Shown: positions 39,310 to 53,379, counted from the first letter of the stretch. The stretch is 64,000 nucleotides of DNA from Octopus sinensis (GCF_006345805.1 NC_043008.1:26164001-26228000); one strand, 5' to 3'. Translations and numbers: made by a program. Notes: generated by a model not told the origin, from the sequence alone.

Positions 39310-41330
39310 ACTAAACAGAAATTTTCAATTGGTGATCAATTCTGATGGGAGGCCCCCAACTGAGCATTCACTGCATTTCAATGCACCAGAGACTAATGAG
39401 ATTGCTATAATTCTAGCAGGTGAACAGACTGGAAAATGGGATATAATTATAAAGTGTAGAGATTGCTCCATTCAATGGGTGATACACATTGCTCCTATGA
39501 TGCTCTACATTACCCAATGCTTTCTCCATATTACTTTGGTATTCTTCAGGCTGGAGAAAATTTTAGAAAAACTGTTTCATGCATGGATTTTTATGCATTT
39601 CATCTTATGCTTAAACACTTCAGTTTTAATTTATTGCATCAATGTAGGGATTTATTTCAACAATTTACTGTTGACATGTATGCCAATATTGAATTAGAAA
39701 GACTCACCTATGTAAGAACACAACAACAAGAGCTTCAGGTTGCTTCATACATTCACTTACGGGACAGCATAAATAATGATGGGTATGGAAATAATCTGGG
39801 GCACTTGTGCATCCTTCCATCGAGCTTCACAGGTGGATCCCACTATATGTATGAAAGAACACAAGATGCCATGACATGTGTATGAATATATGGTAGACCA
39901 GATATATTTATAACTTTTACATTTAACCCAAAATGGCCTGAAATACAAGACAAACTCTTTCTTGATCAATGAGCATGTCATAGACATTATCTCATAGCAA
40001 GGGTTTTTCACTTAAAAATTAAATAAGATGATGCACTTCTTTTCAAAGTCATATATCTTAGGGGAAGTTCACTGTTCCATGTGTGATGTAAAGGAAGAAA
40101 AGAGAAGGAAACGAAGAGAGAATTACGGTAGTCTTATCTGTTGGTCAGGAAAAAGAGTCACTTTCACCATCCACGTGCTGTCATGATCTCCAAAGTTCAT
40201 TCCACCTCCACATGCACTATCTGTTGTTGTACCATCTCACATGTCTGTTCTGATGTGCTGTTTGCCCCTGACTGACCCTCATGCTTCACTGATGTGCATG
40301 TCCACCATGGCACTTCCAGTGGGATCCACAGGCCCCACTTCCGACAGGACATGCCTACACCCTCACTTCTGATCCTTCCCTACAACACAGCCTGGCTCAT
40401 AACACCACATGCCCCCTGATCTGAAGATCATTCAACCAACCAGCCCACGCCCTCTTCTCAACCCCGACCACAAGCCTTGATTTGTCTCGTAATCAACCAA
40501 CCAGCAAAGAATGCACCGCTCCCTCTGTGACCGCCATGGGACTTCAGGACTGGCCTCAGTTCTTGGCATGTTCCTGCCAGTTTCGTCCTCTTGTCTATTA
40601 CTGCTGGCCTCATCCTCTCTCGCAGTGATGATCCTGTGCACATCCAAAACATGTTGTGGCATGCCATCTACGGATACATTGTTCCTTGAATTCACAGAGG
40701 TTATTGTCCCCTTTTCCTACTGTGATATGCACCACACATTTGGGGGCTTAACCCAGACTTTTTCTCTGACCTGCACAAAAGTATGCTCCTTCTCTTCTGT
40801 GGGATGCAGCGATGCAGTATGTCCCCTGCTGGTAGTGCATCACGTCCACTGCCAGTCTTTTTCAGTTGTGGTCCACTGGAATGCTTCCTCCCTCATGCAC
40901 ACCTGGAGCAGGGTCAATAGACTGGCACCTTTCTCAGCTCCCAACTACTCTTAGCACACTCTGCCTGGTCATGTCAGAGTCAACTTTCCTGGCTAGGAAC
41001 AGGGATCCTGTCCACCCCCATGTGATGCATGGTATGCAGTCTCCTCAGCTCTGCATCACTCAGTTGGCACACCACAACCACTCCTTACTCCAGATCCTCT
41101 GGAACCTGCAACCAGATTTTCTTTACTCTGGTCAGGACATCTACTCTATTCCTCACTGAGGGCACAAAAACCACACTTAGCCTCAGGTCAAACTTGGCAG
41201 CATCTTAGATGCTTCAGGAGGTACTGGGAAAACATTTGTAATTAAACTCCTCCTAGCTAAAGCTTATCAAGAAAATAAAATAGCTTTAGCTACTGATACT
41301 TCTGGGACTGCAGCAACATTACTACCCAAA
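39310..41330 (+). mobile_element. Helitron RepHel relic (Rep fragment 39310-40078; PIF1 helicase motif I at 41205-41330)
   Basis: YDALHYP...LFQQFTVDMYANIE.ERL...ILPSSFTGGSHYM...DAM...YGRPDIFITFTFNPKWPEI; later LDASGGTGKTFVIKLLLAK...SGTAATLLP. Confidence 0.9.
40082..41190 (-). mobile_element. Gypsy LTR retrotransposon relic (integrase fragment plus one LTR at about 40082-40409)
   Basis: HHMGVDRI...CQSIDPAP...RLAVDVMHY integrase motifs; purine run CAGGGGGCA followed by TG...CA bounded segment. Confidence 0.65.
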
Positions 41331-41339
41331 GCTGTTGCA

Positions 41340-42700
41340 GCATCTGGTTCTGTATCCTGATAGTAATGTTGGCACTATGTAGTGGTGCCCTGACATACTC
41401 TTTATGTAATTGCTAATGCCAAAATTTAGCATAAGACTTCCTAAGATTTTCCAAGTTTTTCTAGGATTACTGCATATCTTTTCCACCTATGTTCCAGGGA
41501 GTAGAGTCTTAACACTTTCAGTCTCTCCCAGTTGCTGATTTGTTGCACTGTGTCAATCTTCTTTGTATGTAGCTTTATTGGATTGCCTCAAGCTCTGTTG
41601 TTAATTTTACAGTTTGGTGACCATATTAGGGAGCAGTAATCCAGACAGCTGAGAACAAAAGTCCTCCAGAGGACCATCATTGTTTCCTTTTCTCTTGGTT
41701 TGAAAGTTCGAAGGATCTATCTGGCCAGGTGTCTGCATTTTATTGCCAACTTGGTAATGTGCACCTGGAATGATGCATCCTTATTCATGTCGATGCCCAG
41801 GTGACACTCTGATTTTGATTTGGGGATTGCAAACCCTCCTGGGCCAGTGTATCCTACCTGCTTTTCACTGAGTTTCCTGTGTTGGTAGTTAATTGCTTGG
41901 AATTTTCCAGCAATAAACTGCATGTTATTTTCCTCAGCTCACCAGTAATTGCATCCGACTCATGTTGTAGATGCACAATGCCTCCAGAGTTCTGTATCCT
42001 CAGAGAGACTTTTGTATCTTCTGCATAGCTAGCAAGGGTGGATACTTGAGCAGCTGAGTGCATGTCAGAGAGGGCCATTACAAATAGTAGTGGCCCAAGG
42101 ACAGTGCCCTGAGGAACACCACTGATTATTTATGCACCTCCTACTAAAACGTCCCATTGACCACCATTATCTGAATTCTATTTTTCAGAAAGTAATGTAG
42201 CCATTCTCCAAGTTTTCCAAATATGTCAAGATTATGCAGCTTATGACAGACCATACCACGGTCGACTTTGTCAAAGGCTTTGCAAAGTCAAGGTATATCA
42301 TGTCCACATTTCAGTTGTAGAACATCTGCTTTAGCACCCAGTCGTAATGCTGCAAGAGCTGTATCAGGCAGTTTCTACCTAATCAAAAACCATGCTGGGT
42401 GCCAACCAGCAAGTCATTCTCTTCAAGGAATGCAATTAATTTCTTTCAAGCTTTTCATTCCATGACTTTGCTGATATGTGATGTCAAAGAGATTGACCTA
42501 TCGATTTTAGCATCTGCTCTGCTTCCTCCTTTATGGATAGGGCATATTATTTCTTCCTTTAGTTTGTGCATTGTCGTCCTTTTACGGCTGACAACCTTTG
42601 AGGTCAGTCGCATCTATTCTGTTCTGTCTCACCACCTGGTCAGTTAAGAGTTTTCCATTTCCTTTTCCCTTGCACAAGCTTATACATTGTCTGATAGTCA
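41340..42700 (-). mobile_element. CR1/L2-group LINE RT relic
   Basis: GVPQGTVLGPLLFVM...SYAEDTK...NNMQFIAGKFQ. Confidence 0.8.
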
Positions 42701-43163
42701 AAAGACTCTGTTATTGTTGTATAGCCGAAAGCCTTTTGTCCACTGTTTATGTATAATTCTATTTCTTTGTTACATTCGTCTGATAGTTGAAAGACCCTTT
42801 CTGTTTGTTGTTTCCTTGTGTTTGTATATGTATATTCATTTGCCTTGCTCAGGGGCTTAATGCCTGCAGCTTAAGCCTTTGGCTCAACTGGTTTCGAGTA
42901 GTATCAGAAAGGATTGGATGAAACTATGTAGACATTCCAGACTCTGACTGATGAAGTAATTGGCTGCAGATAATCCATGTATCGTGTTTGTCTTGTCTGC
43001 CATTGTTGTGCTATTGTCCTTTTCCTGCTTGTTATGTTTTGTCAATTTCCATTTGTTGATTTTTACCTTTGATTTATATATATGTGTATATACACACACA
43101 CATATATAAATATGTATGTGTATTTATATGTGTATAAAGCTGTGTATATGTGTATATGCATAC

Positions 43164-43197
<34 letters not shown>

Positions 43198-43205
43198 GTA
43201 TGAAT

Positions 43206-46200
43206 ATCATCATCATCATCATCATCATTTAACGACCGTTTTCCGCGCTAGCACGGGTTGGGTGGTTCGACTGGGGTCTGGGAAGCTAGGGGCTGCTCCA
43301 GTCTGATCTGGCAGAGTTTCTACGGCTGGATGCCCTTCCTAACGCTAACCACTCCGTGAGTGTAGTGGGTGCTTTTTACGTGCCACCTGCACAGGTGTCA
43401 GGGGGGGTCTGGCATCAGCCACGATCGGTTGGAGCTTTTAACGTGGCAGCAGCACGGAAGCCAGCCAAGGCGGCGCTGGCAACATTCGGATGATGCTTTT
43501 TATGTGCCACTGGCACAGAAGCCAGTCGGAGCGGCGCTGGCATTGGCCACGTTCGGATAGTGCCTTTCATGTGCCACCGGCACAGGCATCACAACTACTA
43601 TTTCCATTGATATTTATTTCGATGTTCATGTTCATGTACTTGACTCAACAGGTGTCCTCAAGCACAGTGGGACGTTCTGGGATCCAGGGTACTTTGAATG
43701 GGCAGGGGCTATGCGGAACTGATGCAGGAAGCAGCCCGAGTCTTTGCAGTCACAGCATATCTCCAGAGATCTCGGTCCTTCGCCATTGCCTCAGTGAGGC
43801 CCAACGCTCTGAGGTCATGCTTGACTACTTCATCCCATGTCTTCCTGGGTCTACCTCTCCTCCTGATACCTTCAGCTGTTTGGGAGTGGCACTTCTTCAC
43901 ACATCTCTCCTCATTCATCCGCAGTACATGACCATACCATCGCAAGCGTCGCTCTTGCACACCACATCTGATGCTTCTTATGTCCAGCATTTCTCTTAGG
44001 GTGCTTACACTCTGTCGTGCATGCACACTGATATTACACATCCAGCGGATCATGCTAGCTTCATTTCTTTCAAGTCTACACATGTCCTCTGCAGTCACAG
44101 CCCATGTTTCACTACCGTGAAGTATGGCAGTTTGCACACATGCATCATACAATCTACCTTTCACTCTGAGCGAGAGACCCTTTGTCGCCAGTAGGGGTAG
44201 GAGCTTTCTGAACTTTGCCCAGGGTATTCGTATTCTAGTGGTGCATACGAATAGCCTCTCTGTGCATCCACCTCCACTACTAACTTGGTCACCCAGGTAG
44301 TGGAAACTATCAACTACTTCTAGTTTCTCCCCCTGGAGTGTGACGGAATCCGTTTTCTGAGTGTCTGTGGTGTCTATTGTCCCTGTGCATCTGCCGCACA
44401 TAAAAGCTATCTTATCAGTTAATTTCCCTTTAATGTTGCTGCACCTCTTATGCGTCCATAGCTTACGTTGGGTGCATCTTATGGAGTTTCTACCTACACC
44501 TTTCCTACAGATCGAGCAAGGCCACCTGCCTGAGGGTGTGTGTGCTGAGTTCGCCTTTCTGCTTACTATAACTTTGGTCTTTGCTACATTTACTCTAAGG
44601 CCCTTTGATTCTAACCCTTGCTTCCACACCCGAAATTTCTTTTCTAGTTCCGGTAGTGATTCTGCGATGAGAGCCAGGTCATCAGCATAGAGGAGCTCCC
44701 AGGGGCATCCTGTTTTGAATTCCTCTGTTATTGCCTGGAGGACTATTATGGATAAAAGGGGACTGAGGGCTGAGCCTTGGTGCACACCTACTTCCACCCG
44801 GAATTCTTCACTATATTCATTGCCAATCCTAACCTTGCTGACAGCCTCTCTGTATAGAGCCTGTACAGCCCTTATTAGCCATTCGTCAATCTCCAGTTTC
44901 CGCATCGACCACCAGATAAGGGAACGGGGAACCCTGTCAAAGGCTTTCTCCAAGTCCACAAAAGCTATGTAGAGGGGTTTATCATTAGCTAGGTACTTCT
45001 GCAGTTGTCGGACCAGGAATATAGCATCAGTGGTGCTTCTACCTGGCACAAAACCGAACTGCATCTCATCTAAGCAAATTCTCTCCCTAATGAGATGGGT
45101 TATGACCCTCTCTGTGACCATCACCTGATCCAACAGTTTAATACCCCTGTAGTTATTTCTATCTAGAGCATTACCCTTACCCTTGTATCAGTTGACGATG
45201 GTGCTGCTACGCCAGTCATTGGGTATGACTCCATTATGAACTACCTGGTTTACAATGCGGGTGACTAGGCCATAGCCCACATAGCCAGCTGTTTTAAGCA
45301 TCTCAGCAGTGATTCCTGATGGGCCGGGGGCTTTACCTGGTTTCATATTCTTAATTGCCTTAACTACAAGGGAGCTCTCTATTCGGGTAGCTGGTCCCTC
45401 CACTGGGTCAACATTTGGCAGGCTCTCCTCCTCCCATTCATTCTCCTCATTCAGCAGTCTTTCATAATGGCTTCTCCAAGCTTCTTTCTTTTCACCAACA
45501 GGAAAAGCAAGTGCCCCATCATCCATGCGGACACATTTCTCTCCTGTAACATCACTATTTTCTCTCACACACAGTCTGGCAATCCGAAATACCTCAGCTC
45601 TTTGGTCCTCACGTCGCTGGACATTGGCAAACTTCTTCTTTTCTGCTACATCTTTGGCTATGTATACCTGCCGCCCAGCCTCCCTTTTGGCTACCTGGTA
45701 CAGTTCCCTGCTACCCCCATCCCTCCAGCCTTTCCAGGCCTATCTCTTTGCACTAATGGCTTTGTCTACTGCACTTTTCCACCACTACATAACTCTAGGT
45801 CTGGAAGGGACTTTGCACCATCCACAGACTCGGTCTGTGGCACTCAGCAAGCTGTCCCATAGGAATTCCCAGCTACCTTCTATGTCCGACGTCTGAAGCT
45901 CCTCCTCCCTCTCATCAAATTTTTTGATGAGGATGTCCCTAAATCTCTGACCATGTGAAGGGTTCTTTAGCTTCCAAATCCTTCTTTTCTGGATTGGTTT
46001 GTTTCTTGGAGTCCTTCTGGCCTCAAGCTTAAAGTCACTGATGATTAGTGTATGCTGAGGGATACATTCTTCACCCGGGAGGGTCTTTGTATTCAAGAGC
46101 AACCCTGCATCCCGCTGTCTGGTGAGGATGAAGTCTATTTGGCTAGTGGAGTCTCCTGACTGATAGGTTATAAGGTGGCAGTCAGGCTTCTTGAAGTTAG

Positions 46201-47733
46201 TGTTGCAGATTAAAAGGTTACATGCATCACAGAATTCCAGTAGTCTAGTTCCCTCATCATTTCTGGTGCCAATACCATGGCCACCGTGTACCCCAGTGAA
46301 GATACCCGATTCCCGCCCAACATGCCCATTAATGTCTCCACCCACAAAGATGAGGTCCTTGCCACTAGTCTTTGAAGTCGCTTGTAGAAGGGTATCATAA
46401 AAGTGGTCCTTCTGATCGTTTGGTAGTCCCGCTTGTGGAGCATAGGCGGAGATAATCGTAGCTGTGCCACTCTGTAGGACCAACCTGAGCTTAAGCACTC
46501 TATCACAAACCCTGACAATCTCTATGACCTTATCCACCCATTTCTCCTACACCCCCTACACCTTCCATGTTACCTTGCCAGAAGACTTTGTACCTAAGTG
46601 CCTTGCCTGTGAGGACCCTAGCTGAAGCACCTCTCCATCTTACCTCTTGTATGCAGCATACATCAACCTGTCTTCTCTCAAGCATCTCTACAATCTCACT
46701 AGACCTACCTTTCAATGTACCAACATTGACAGTGCCAACTCTGAAAACTGGGAAGGAGATGTGGGGAGGAAGGGAGCAATTCAGCATCTGAAAAGAAGAG
46801 GGTTGTTGTGGTGGTGATCGTTTTCGTGGCATTTTTCATCTGATCTCTCTTCTGATCTCTCTTCCGACCTGACAATATTCAAGCATTTAGGCATGTTAAG
46901 ATTGTGGCCCCTGCCGTGGGCAGGAGCCGGTGTTAGCAGCGTTGTAGGCATAAGCATTAAGGTCATTGATGATGTAGATGTGTCAGAAATGCTGAAATTC
47001 TAGGTGTTAGTAGCATTCTAAGCAAGCATTATCGTCACTGAGTAACGTAATTAGGCAGCGTAGCAGAAACATGGATATTCTAGAGTTGGGTTGGGAGGTT
47101 CCAGCTGAGAAAGGTTCCACCAGTGAGAAGAGAGGGAGAGGGAGAGAAAGTGGGGGGGGTTGTGCAGGTAATATAGGGAAGCACCAGTGGGGAGGGTTGG
47201 GGTAAGGAGGAACGATGACAGGTAGGGTTGGTGCAGGTTCTAGACAGAATGAAACGTAGGAAATAAAAACGTAGGATATCACGAGTGGGGGAGGGGGACT
47301 GGAAGGAGTTAGCCGGTTGAGGCAGTGACAGATTTCAAAACAGGAGGAAACATAAGATAAGTGGGACGGTTGATGAGCTGCGGCGCTAGCTGCTTCTGTC
47401 TTGGGGGGGAGAGGCAGGGGTAATACATAGTGAAAAGCATGTGAGGAGAAGGGGTAGGAGGAATAGACACACGTAATGGTGGTGGGGAGGACATATCCGG
47501 TGTAGATGGTGTGAACAGTGTTCCCCGGTATTGGTGGTGGGGTGGGAAAGGACGGGCGCACCGCGAATGGCGAAATGGCGAAGATCTTCTGGGTTGGAAA
47601 GGGTAGCATAGAGAAATGAACGAATTAACTTTTATACCGGGGGGGGGGGTTAAAAGAATTAAAGGATTAAATTTTGTGGAGAAAGAAAAGAACAAGCAAG
47701 TTAGTGGATAGGTTCAAACATTTAAGCGGTAAT
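43206..47733 (-). mobile_element. Near full-length RTE LINE (APE endonuclease plus RT), inactivated
   Basis: GTVNVGTL...CIQEVRW, SAYAPQ, GDINGHVG, DFILT (APE); QFGFVPGRSTTDAIF, GVHQGSALSP, LLYADDL, RLRWYGHVLR (RT to stop at 43709). Frameshift near 46540, stop and frameshift near 45190. About 500-bp 3' UTR with a (GAT)n tail. Confidence 0.97.
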
Positions 47734-47989
47734 ATATATATATATATACACACATATGGATTCAATAGATCCTAGGCACATCAGCAACTCAGATGCCAGC
47801 AATGGCTAGGTATGATAACATAGAGTCAACACTGAGGTAAACACTGAAGATATTACATGTTGATGCCTGTTAAAGGTAGAACTAATTTTCATATAAATAT
47901 GAATGTTATTCCTTATAGAAGCATTCATCTAACGATGTTGAATTCATCATATTTGATGCATGAAATCTCACCTGGTCGACCTTTTGTTC

Positions 47990-48080
47990 AAAATTTTACC
48001 TGAAGATGATGGATTATATATTATGATGTACTCTATGAATACATCAATAATGTTCTACCGAAACAGCTGTCAAGAATTTT
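47990..48080 (+). ncRNA. Minimal type I hammerhead ribozyme motif, partly degenerate
   Basis: CTGAAGA (48000-48006), long stem II with ATTATGATGTA/TACATCAATAAT, GAAAC-AGCT-GTC (48060-48071). Stem I AAAATTTT/AGAATTTT has a mismatch at the first pair. Confidence 0.55.
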
Positions 48081-51000
48081 AAATGCTATTTTTGTTCTCT
48101 ACACATATATGAACACACACACATTTATACACATATATGTATGCGTATATGTATATATATGAAGAAACAAAAGTAGAAATACTTTGTTGATTTGCAGTAC
48201 TCATTTCAATTAATTTCAAACAAACTTCCAGCATTAGCTGAATAATCCAAAATGTTATCTAGAAGAATATTTATATCTGTTTAAGGCTACACACCATAGA
48301 ATCGAGTACTGGCCTTATGTATATTTGCTGTCTATAAGTCATTCATTATTTGATATGCTTTTATTGATAATCATTCAGAAATTAGTTTGTGTTCTAGTAA
48401 TCAATCAGAAATTAGTTTAGATTAGTCTGAATTTTGTATCTGTGAGCTTTATTTGATCTATAGTTGAGTCAGTGCTGTCATAATGTAGTGAGCAAAGAAA
48501 TTTCAATTAGCTTTAATTATCTTTGCTATGAGGAGAGAGAAATATAGGTGCAATAACAAATGTTAATCAAATTTGGTCTAGTCAAAGAAGTGATTTGGCA
48601 GGCACTGGCAAAAGCTATTGCTCTGTTGACTAAGTATAAGAATACTGAGCCAAATCTGGGGTTTGCAAACATGCTTACCAAAAGTCAGTTTAAATAACTT
48701 TTAGTTCTTGAGCTAGCATTTTCTAACTCTTCACTGCATGCATATTCTATATTATTATTTATTAAAATTTCAGAGTTGTTGCTATTTTGCTTTATTATCG
48801 TTATTCATTAAATCTACTTTAGCATTTCTTCATTCCATAGGTAACTTTTGTAAATAGAAATTCATTTACTCATATTTTTAAACATGCTAGTTCGTATTTA
48901 AGTATTATGATGATGTCCCAAGGTAATTTTCCATAGTCAGTGTGACTAAGATCTGCTAACTGAAACATGATAAGAAAATCCAACATTTGTTGATGACACA
49001 TACAACAGCACACAAAACAATGTTGAAATCACTAGAACTCTATTTCCATCTACGAACCAATATGGTTAAGCCAAAGATGAACTAGCAGTGAAATATTGAG
49101 AGATTTATAGCTAGTCAACTGTCAATGAAGCTGTGTGACAGGATTTACAGCTAAGAATAGGATTTATTGGAGCACTTTGATTGCCTGTTATATGTGAAGA
49201 TGTAAGAACTTCTATTATTCATTTTGACTTTTATGTCTCAAGAACATGTTTGTCTTTGATGCTTATTTACTTTACTTATCTTTTATCCATAGTCCATTTG
49301 TGCATCTTCATGGAACTAATGCTGTTTATTCTCTTTCTTCCTTCCTTTCTTCTTTATTTTTTGCTCTATATTACTTTTTTCACCTTGTTTCTGCTTTTAC
49401 CATTTCCTTCTTGTTGTTCTACCTTCCTTCTTTTTGCTTTGTATATTTTTTAGTTTTATTTCATATATCATGACTAGCATTGCTCTGTGTACATAGCTAA
49501 GACAATTCACTTGAGATAAGTAAATCTACTTAACTTTAAATAGGTACTTTGGAAAATTATAACTTATTGTTATAAGTTTTTTCAGTATTATAATTTATTT
49601 GCCATACTGAGCTCTGTATAATTATCTTGTAGATTGAGCTTAAATTGCACCATGAATATTGCTCAAAGTAATCTCATTAAATGAATAAAACGTGTATCAT
49701 TGATAAATGTATCTTGTTTGGAAACTTGATAACTAACTTGATCAATTCCATTTACGTAGTATAGATATTTATTAAAATTTGCTGATGCATAAATAATGCA
49801 GCTCTTTTCTTAATGTAGCATATAAAAGGGAAAACAATCTGATTAAATTAAAATTTTTGAGCATGAATTCTTTACTGAGTAAAGAATATCTTATGCTTTT
49901 CAATGAAAATTGGAGACAGATGCAATGGTCAGATAGAAAAGAATCAAAAACAAAAAGTGGTGAGAATTTAAAGTTGGATCTTGTAGTTAACACCTTGGTG
50001 AATTACATTAGTGCCATAGAGAAAAAAAACAGATTGAATTTTTCAAAACTATAGTTGTGAATAATACAAAACATTGAAGGATATGCAATTATATAGAAAT
50101 CTAAAACAACTAGAAAAATATTTATATAATTGTGTTATATGACTGATGTATTTCAGCTAAGTGCTGATAGTATATGTTGTTAATGATATAGATTTGTAGT
50201 TTCCAATGTATTGGTCACAATCCAAATTGGGACATGGTATAAATCTGAAAGGGTCATTAAAATAACTCATTTAATTTTGAAATATTTCATAAAATACAAA
50301 ATGTTCATAAAAATGTTGTATAATAAGTCAAAGGTGTGAGAGTTACAACATAACATTTCTTGAAAATAAAAAGTGAAAAATATTTCCTAAAGAATAGTGT
50401 CAAATGTTAAGTGCACTCATTGTTTTTGTTTAAATATTATGAAAGGTCACAGAGGATTATTGATTTGCTATAAATGTGCCATACTGGTAAAAGTTTAGGA
50501 ATTGCTGCTAGATGTTGCAGGTAACTACGATGGTTGATGACTAGTTTGTTTACATATATTTTCTCTTTGTGTACCAACGTTTCTTTAAAAATATAAAATA
50601 TATAATTTCATTGAAATTCCTCAAATGTAAAAAAGAGGGAAAAGAAACAAATTACAGTATCAATACGGATTCCATAAATACCAAGGTCACATATAAAGAC
50701 CTCTTTTGAGGTTGTTATCATTGTTGGTGATATAAATTAGTTATAGCTTGAGAAATAAAAGCGACATTTTAAAAATGTATATAAATAAATTAGTAAGAGG
50801 ATGGAGCATACTCTAGGCTCTCCAATAGTTGTAAGATAAAGGTAAATCCTGTTCACTTTGAATGATATTAGCAGGAATGAATTTCCAGAGTAATGCAGTC
50901 CCAGTAAGGATGAATCATTTAAGTAGCAGGTGCTTAGTCCTGGATATGGGAGATGAGATACAGAAGAGCCAAAAAAGGTAATAGGATATGTTGAGAAGCT

Positions 51001-52869
51001 TTACTATTTGCTCCATGCATAGAGTATCTTATTTGTAAGGAAAAGTAAATTTCAACCAGTGACACCATGTTCATGTTGGAGGACAGTTGTAATAAATAAT
51101 CAAACAAGTTTTGGGTGATGTACTAAAAAGATTTTCAACTAAATAAATTTTTTTCTTGGATAAAAAAAAATGAAAATGTTACAATCCTCAAAGAAAATAG
51201 GAGATAAATTCCAAGGAATTAAAAATTCATTTCAGAAAATAAATGAATATACCATATTTATGAGTAAGAGGGCAGCTTTGGACAAGTTTCAGTATTATTG
51301 GAACTCATCATCCTCAAGGAGCCTATTCACTTTTGTTTTAAAATGTTGACAGCAGTTTTTACCTATAAACAAACAATTACAAAGATTTATTGCTTCTAAA
51401 AATTTACCTAATTAAAAAATATGCAATTATGTTAGGGAAATAACTCAAACGGTGAATGATGTTAATCTAGATCAATAAGTTAAGAGGTGATGTAATGAAT
51501 AATGTATACAAATTTCATACGTGTAAATTCTCTCTTAATTTAAGGAAAAAGATATAAACCTCAAGCAACTTCCACAGTGAAGGGAAAATAATTTCAAGAA
51601 ATTAATAATTAATTTCACAAAATTGATAGGAGAAATCTGAGCTTTGTTTGCAGGCATGGTCATAATAAACAATTTTATTGATTGCCACACTTATGACATA
51701 AATGTGTTTAGACAAATGGAATGTTGCAAACTAAAACAAAAGAGAATTTCAATTCATTAACACTTTGATAATATATTTTCTAAACCACCAAACTTTTATT
51801 TAGTATTTATATTTACCGTTTTCTTCAGAAAAAGAGATAAAATAAATAATTCTCTTCTAGAACATATACTCAATAATTGACAGCAAGTCTTTTATTAATA
51901 ATTGTGATGTATTATAAACAAAATGACACCTGTTCTCAAAGACAATGCTTTTATAATATTGATAGTGTACTACATATTCTTAATGCAGACAAGTTCACCA
52001 CCCTCTTATGTTTTAACTATTTCTATAGATTATTTACTCTAACATTTCAATGACGCAATGAAAACTTGTATAATAAGATACTGATATTTTGATCAACTTT
52101 CTGGAATATTTACAATTAGTTTTTTTTGATAAACATTAATGTTCTGTTGTGTTTCCATCAAGATAAGTTAGTCAATAGTTATATGACGCTGTCATCATAC
52201 ACAGCCACACCTACAGACATGCATTCATAATTACACACATACATGTGCATGCATGCATGTGTGTGTCTGTGTGTGTGTGAGAGAGAAATGTTTCAGAAAG
52301 AAGATTTTCTTTTTGCCAAATGTCACTTCAAATGTGTTATTCCCACTCAGACATTGTGTGTGGACCTGAAATATTTGAGTGGACAAAATTTTGCTCTAAT
52401 AACTCATTGATCAGGAGTTTAAAAAATCTTCTGGACTTGTCAATGGTGCCAAATGGCTCATCAGATCGTTTGAAACTAAATACATGTACATAAAAATATA
52501 AAGCAGACTGTTTAAAAATTAATTTAAAAAACATTTATATAATGTTAAATGCATGAACACTATCTGAAAATCTATCAGTGCTAATCTTTGAAACAGCACA
52601 CTGAATACCCATCTTAAAAATTTTCCAATTAACTTTAATCTTAGCAATTTTCAAATCAACCCTATTCTTAATAAATTATTCATTTCAAAGCAGGCTTGCT
52701 CTCTTTACCTAACTCAGTTTTGGAATATTTCATTAACCTGCATGAATAATAAACACAAAAATTTACAATATAATCCTTTGGCTCAATACTAAACTCTGTC
52801 ATATATATTCTTTGTTCAGGGTTTATAGTTTGACAGATATTTTCGTAGATGACAAGTGTCCTGTGAGTA

Positions 52870-52891
52870 GTATGTATGGATACATGTATGA

Positions 52892-52922
<31 letters not shown>

Positions 52923-52928
52923 TGTATG

Positions 52929-52960
<32 letters not shown>

Positions 52961-53234
52961 TGTATGTATGTATGTATGCATGCATGCATGCATGCATGCA
53001 TGCATGTATGTATGTATGTATGTATGTATGTATGTATGTATGTATGTATGTATGTATGTATGTATGTATGTACATATGTATGTATGTATGTATGTATATA
53101 TATATGTGTGTGTGTAAGTATGTATGTATGTATGTATGTATGTATGTATGTATGCATACATGTGTGTGTGTGTGTGTATGTATACATATGTGTTTATATA
53201 TGTATGTAAATAAATATATATATGTGTATGTTTG

Positions 53235-53280
<46 letters not shown>

Positions 53281-53345
53281 TGTATATATATGTATGTCTC
53301 TCTCTCTGTCTCTCCCTCTCTCTATATATATATATATGTGTGTGT
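52870..53345. repeat. (TATG)n/(TGCA)n/(TG)n/(TA)n compound microsatellite
   Basis: Directly visible; explains the YVCM/HTYI ORFs. Confidence 0.98.
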
Positions 53346-53379
53346 GTGTGTATAATAAGGATTCCTGTGAGAATTGGGT

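Noticed and set aside
52337-52480. Exon-like segment open on both strands, also containing CTGATGAG on the minus strand
   Set aside because: No good donor on either strand, and the CTGATGA is not followed by GAAA after stem II, so it is not a hammerhead.
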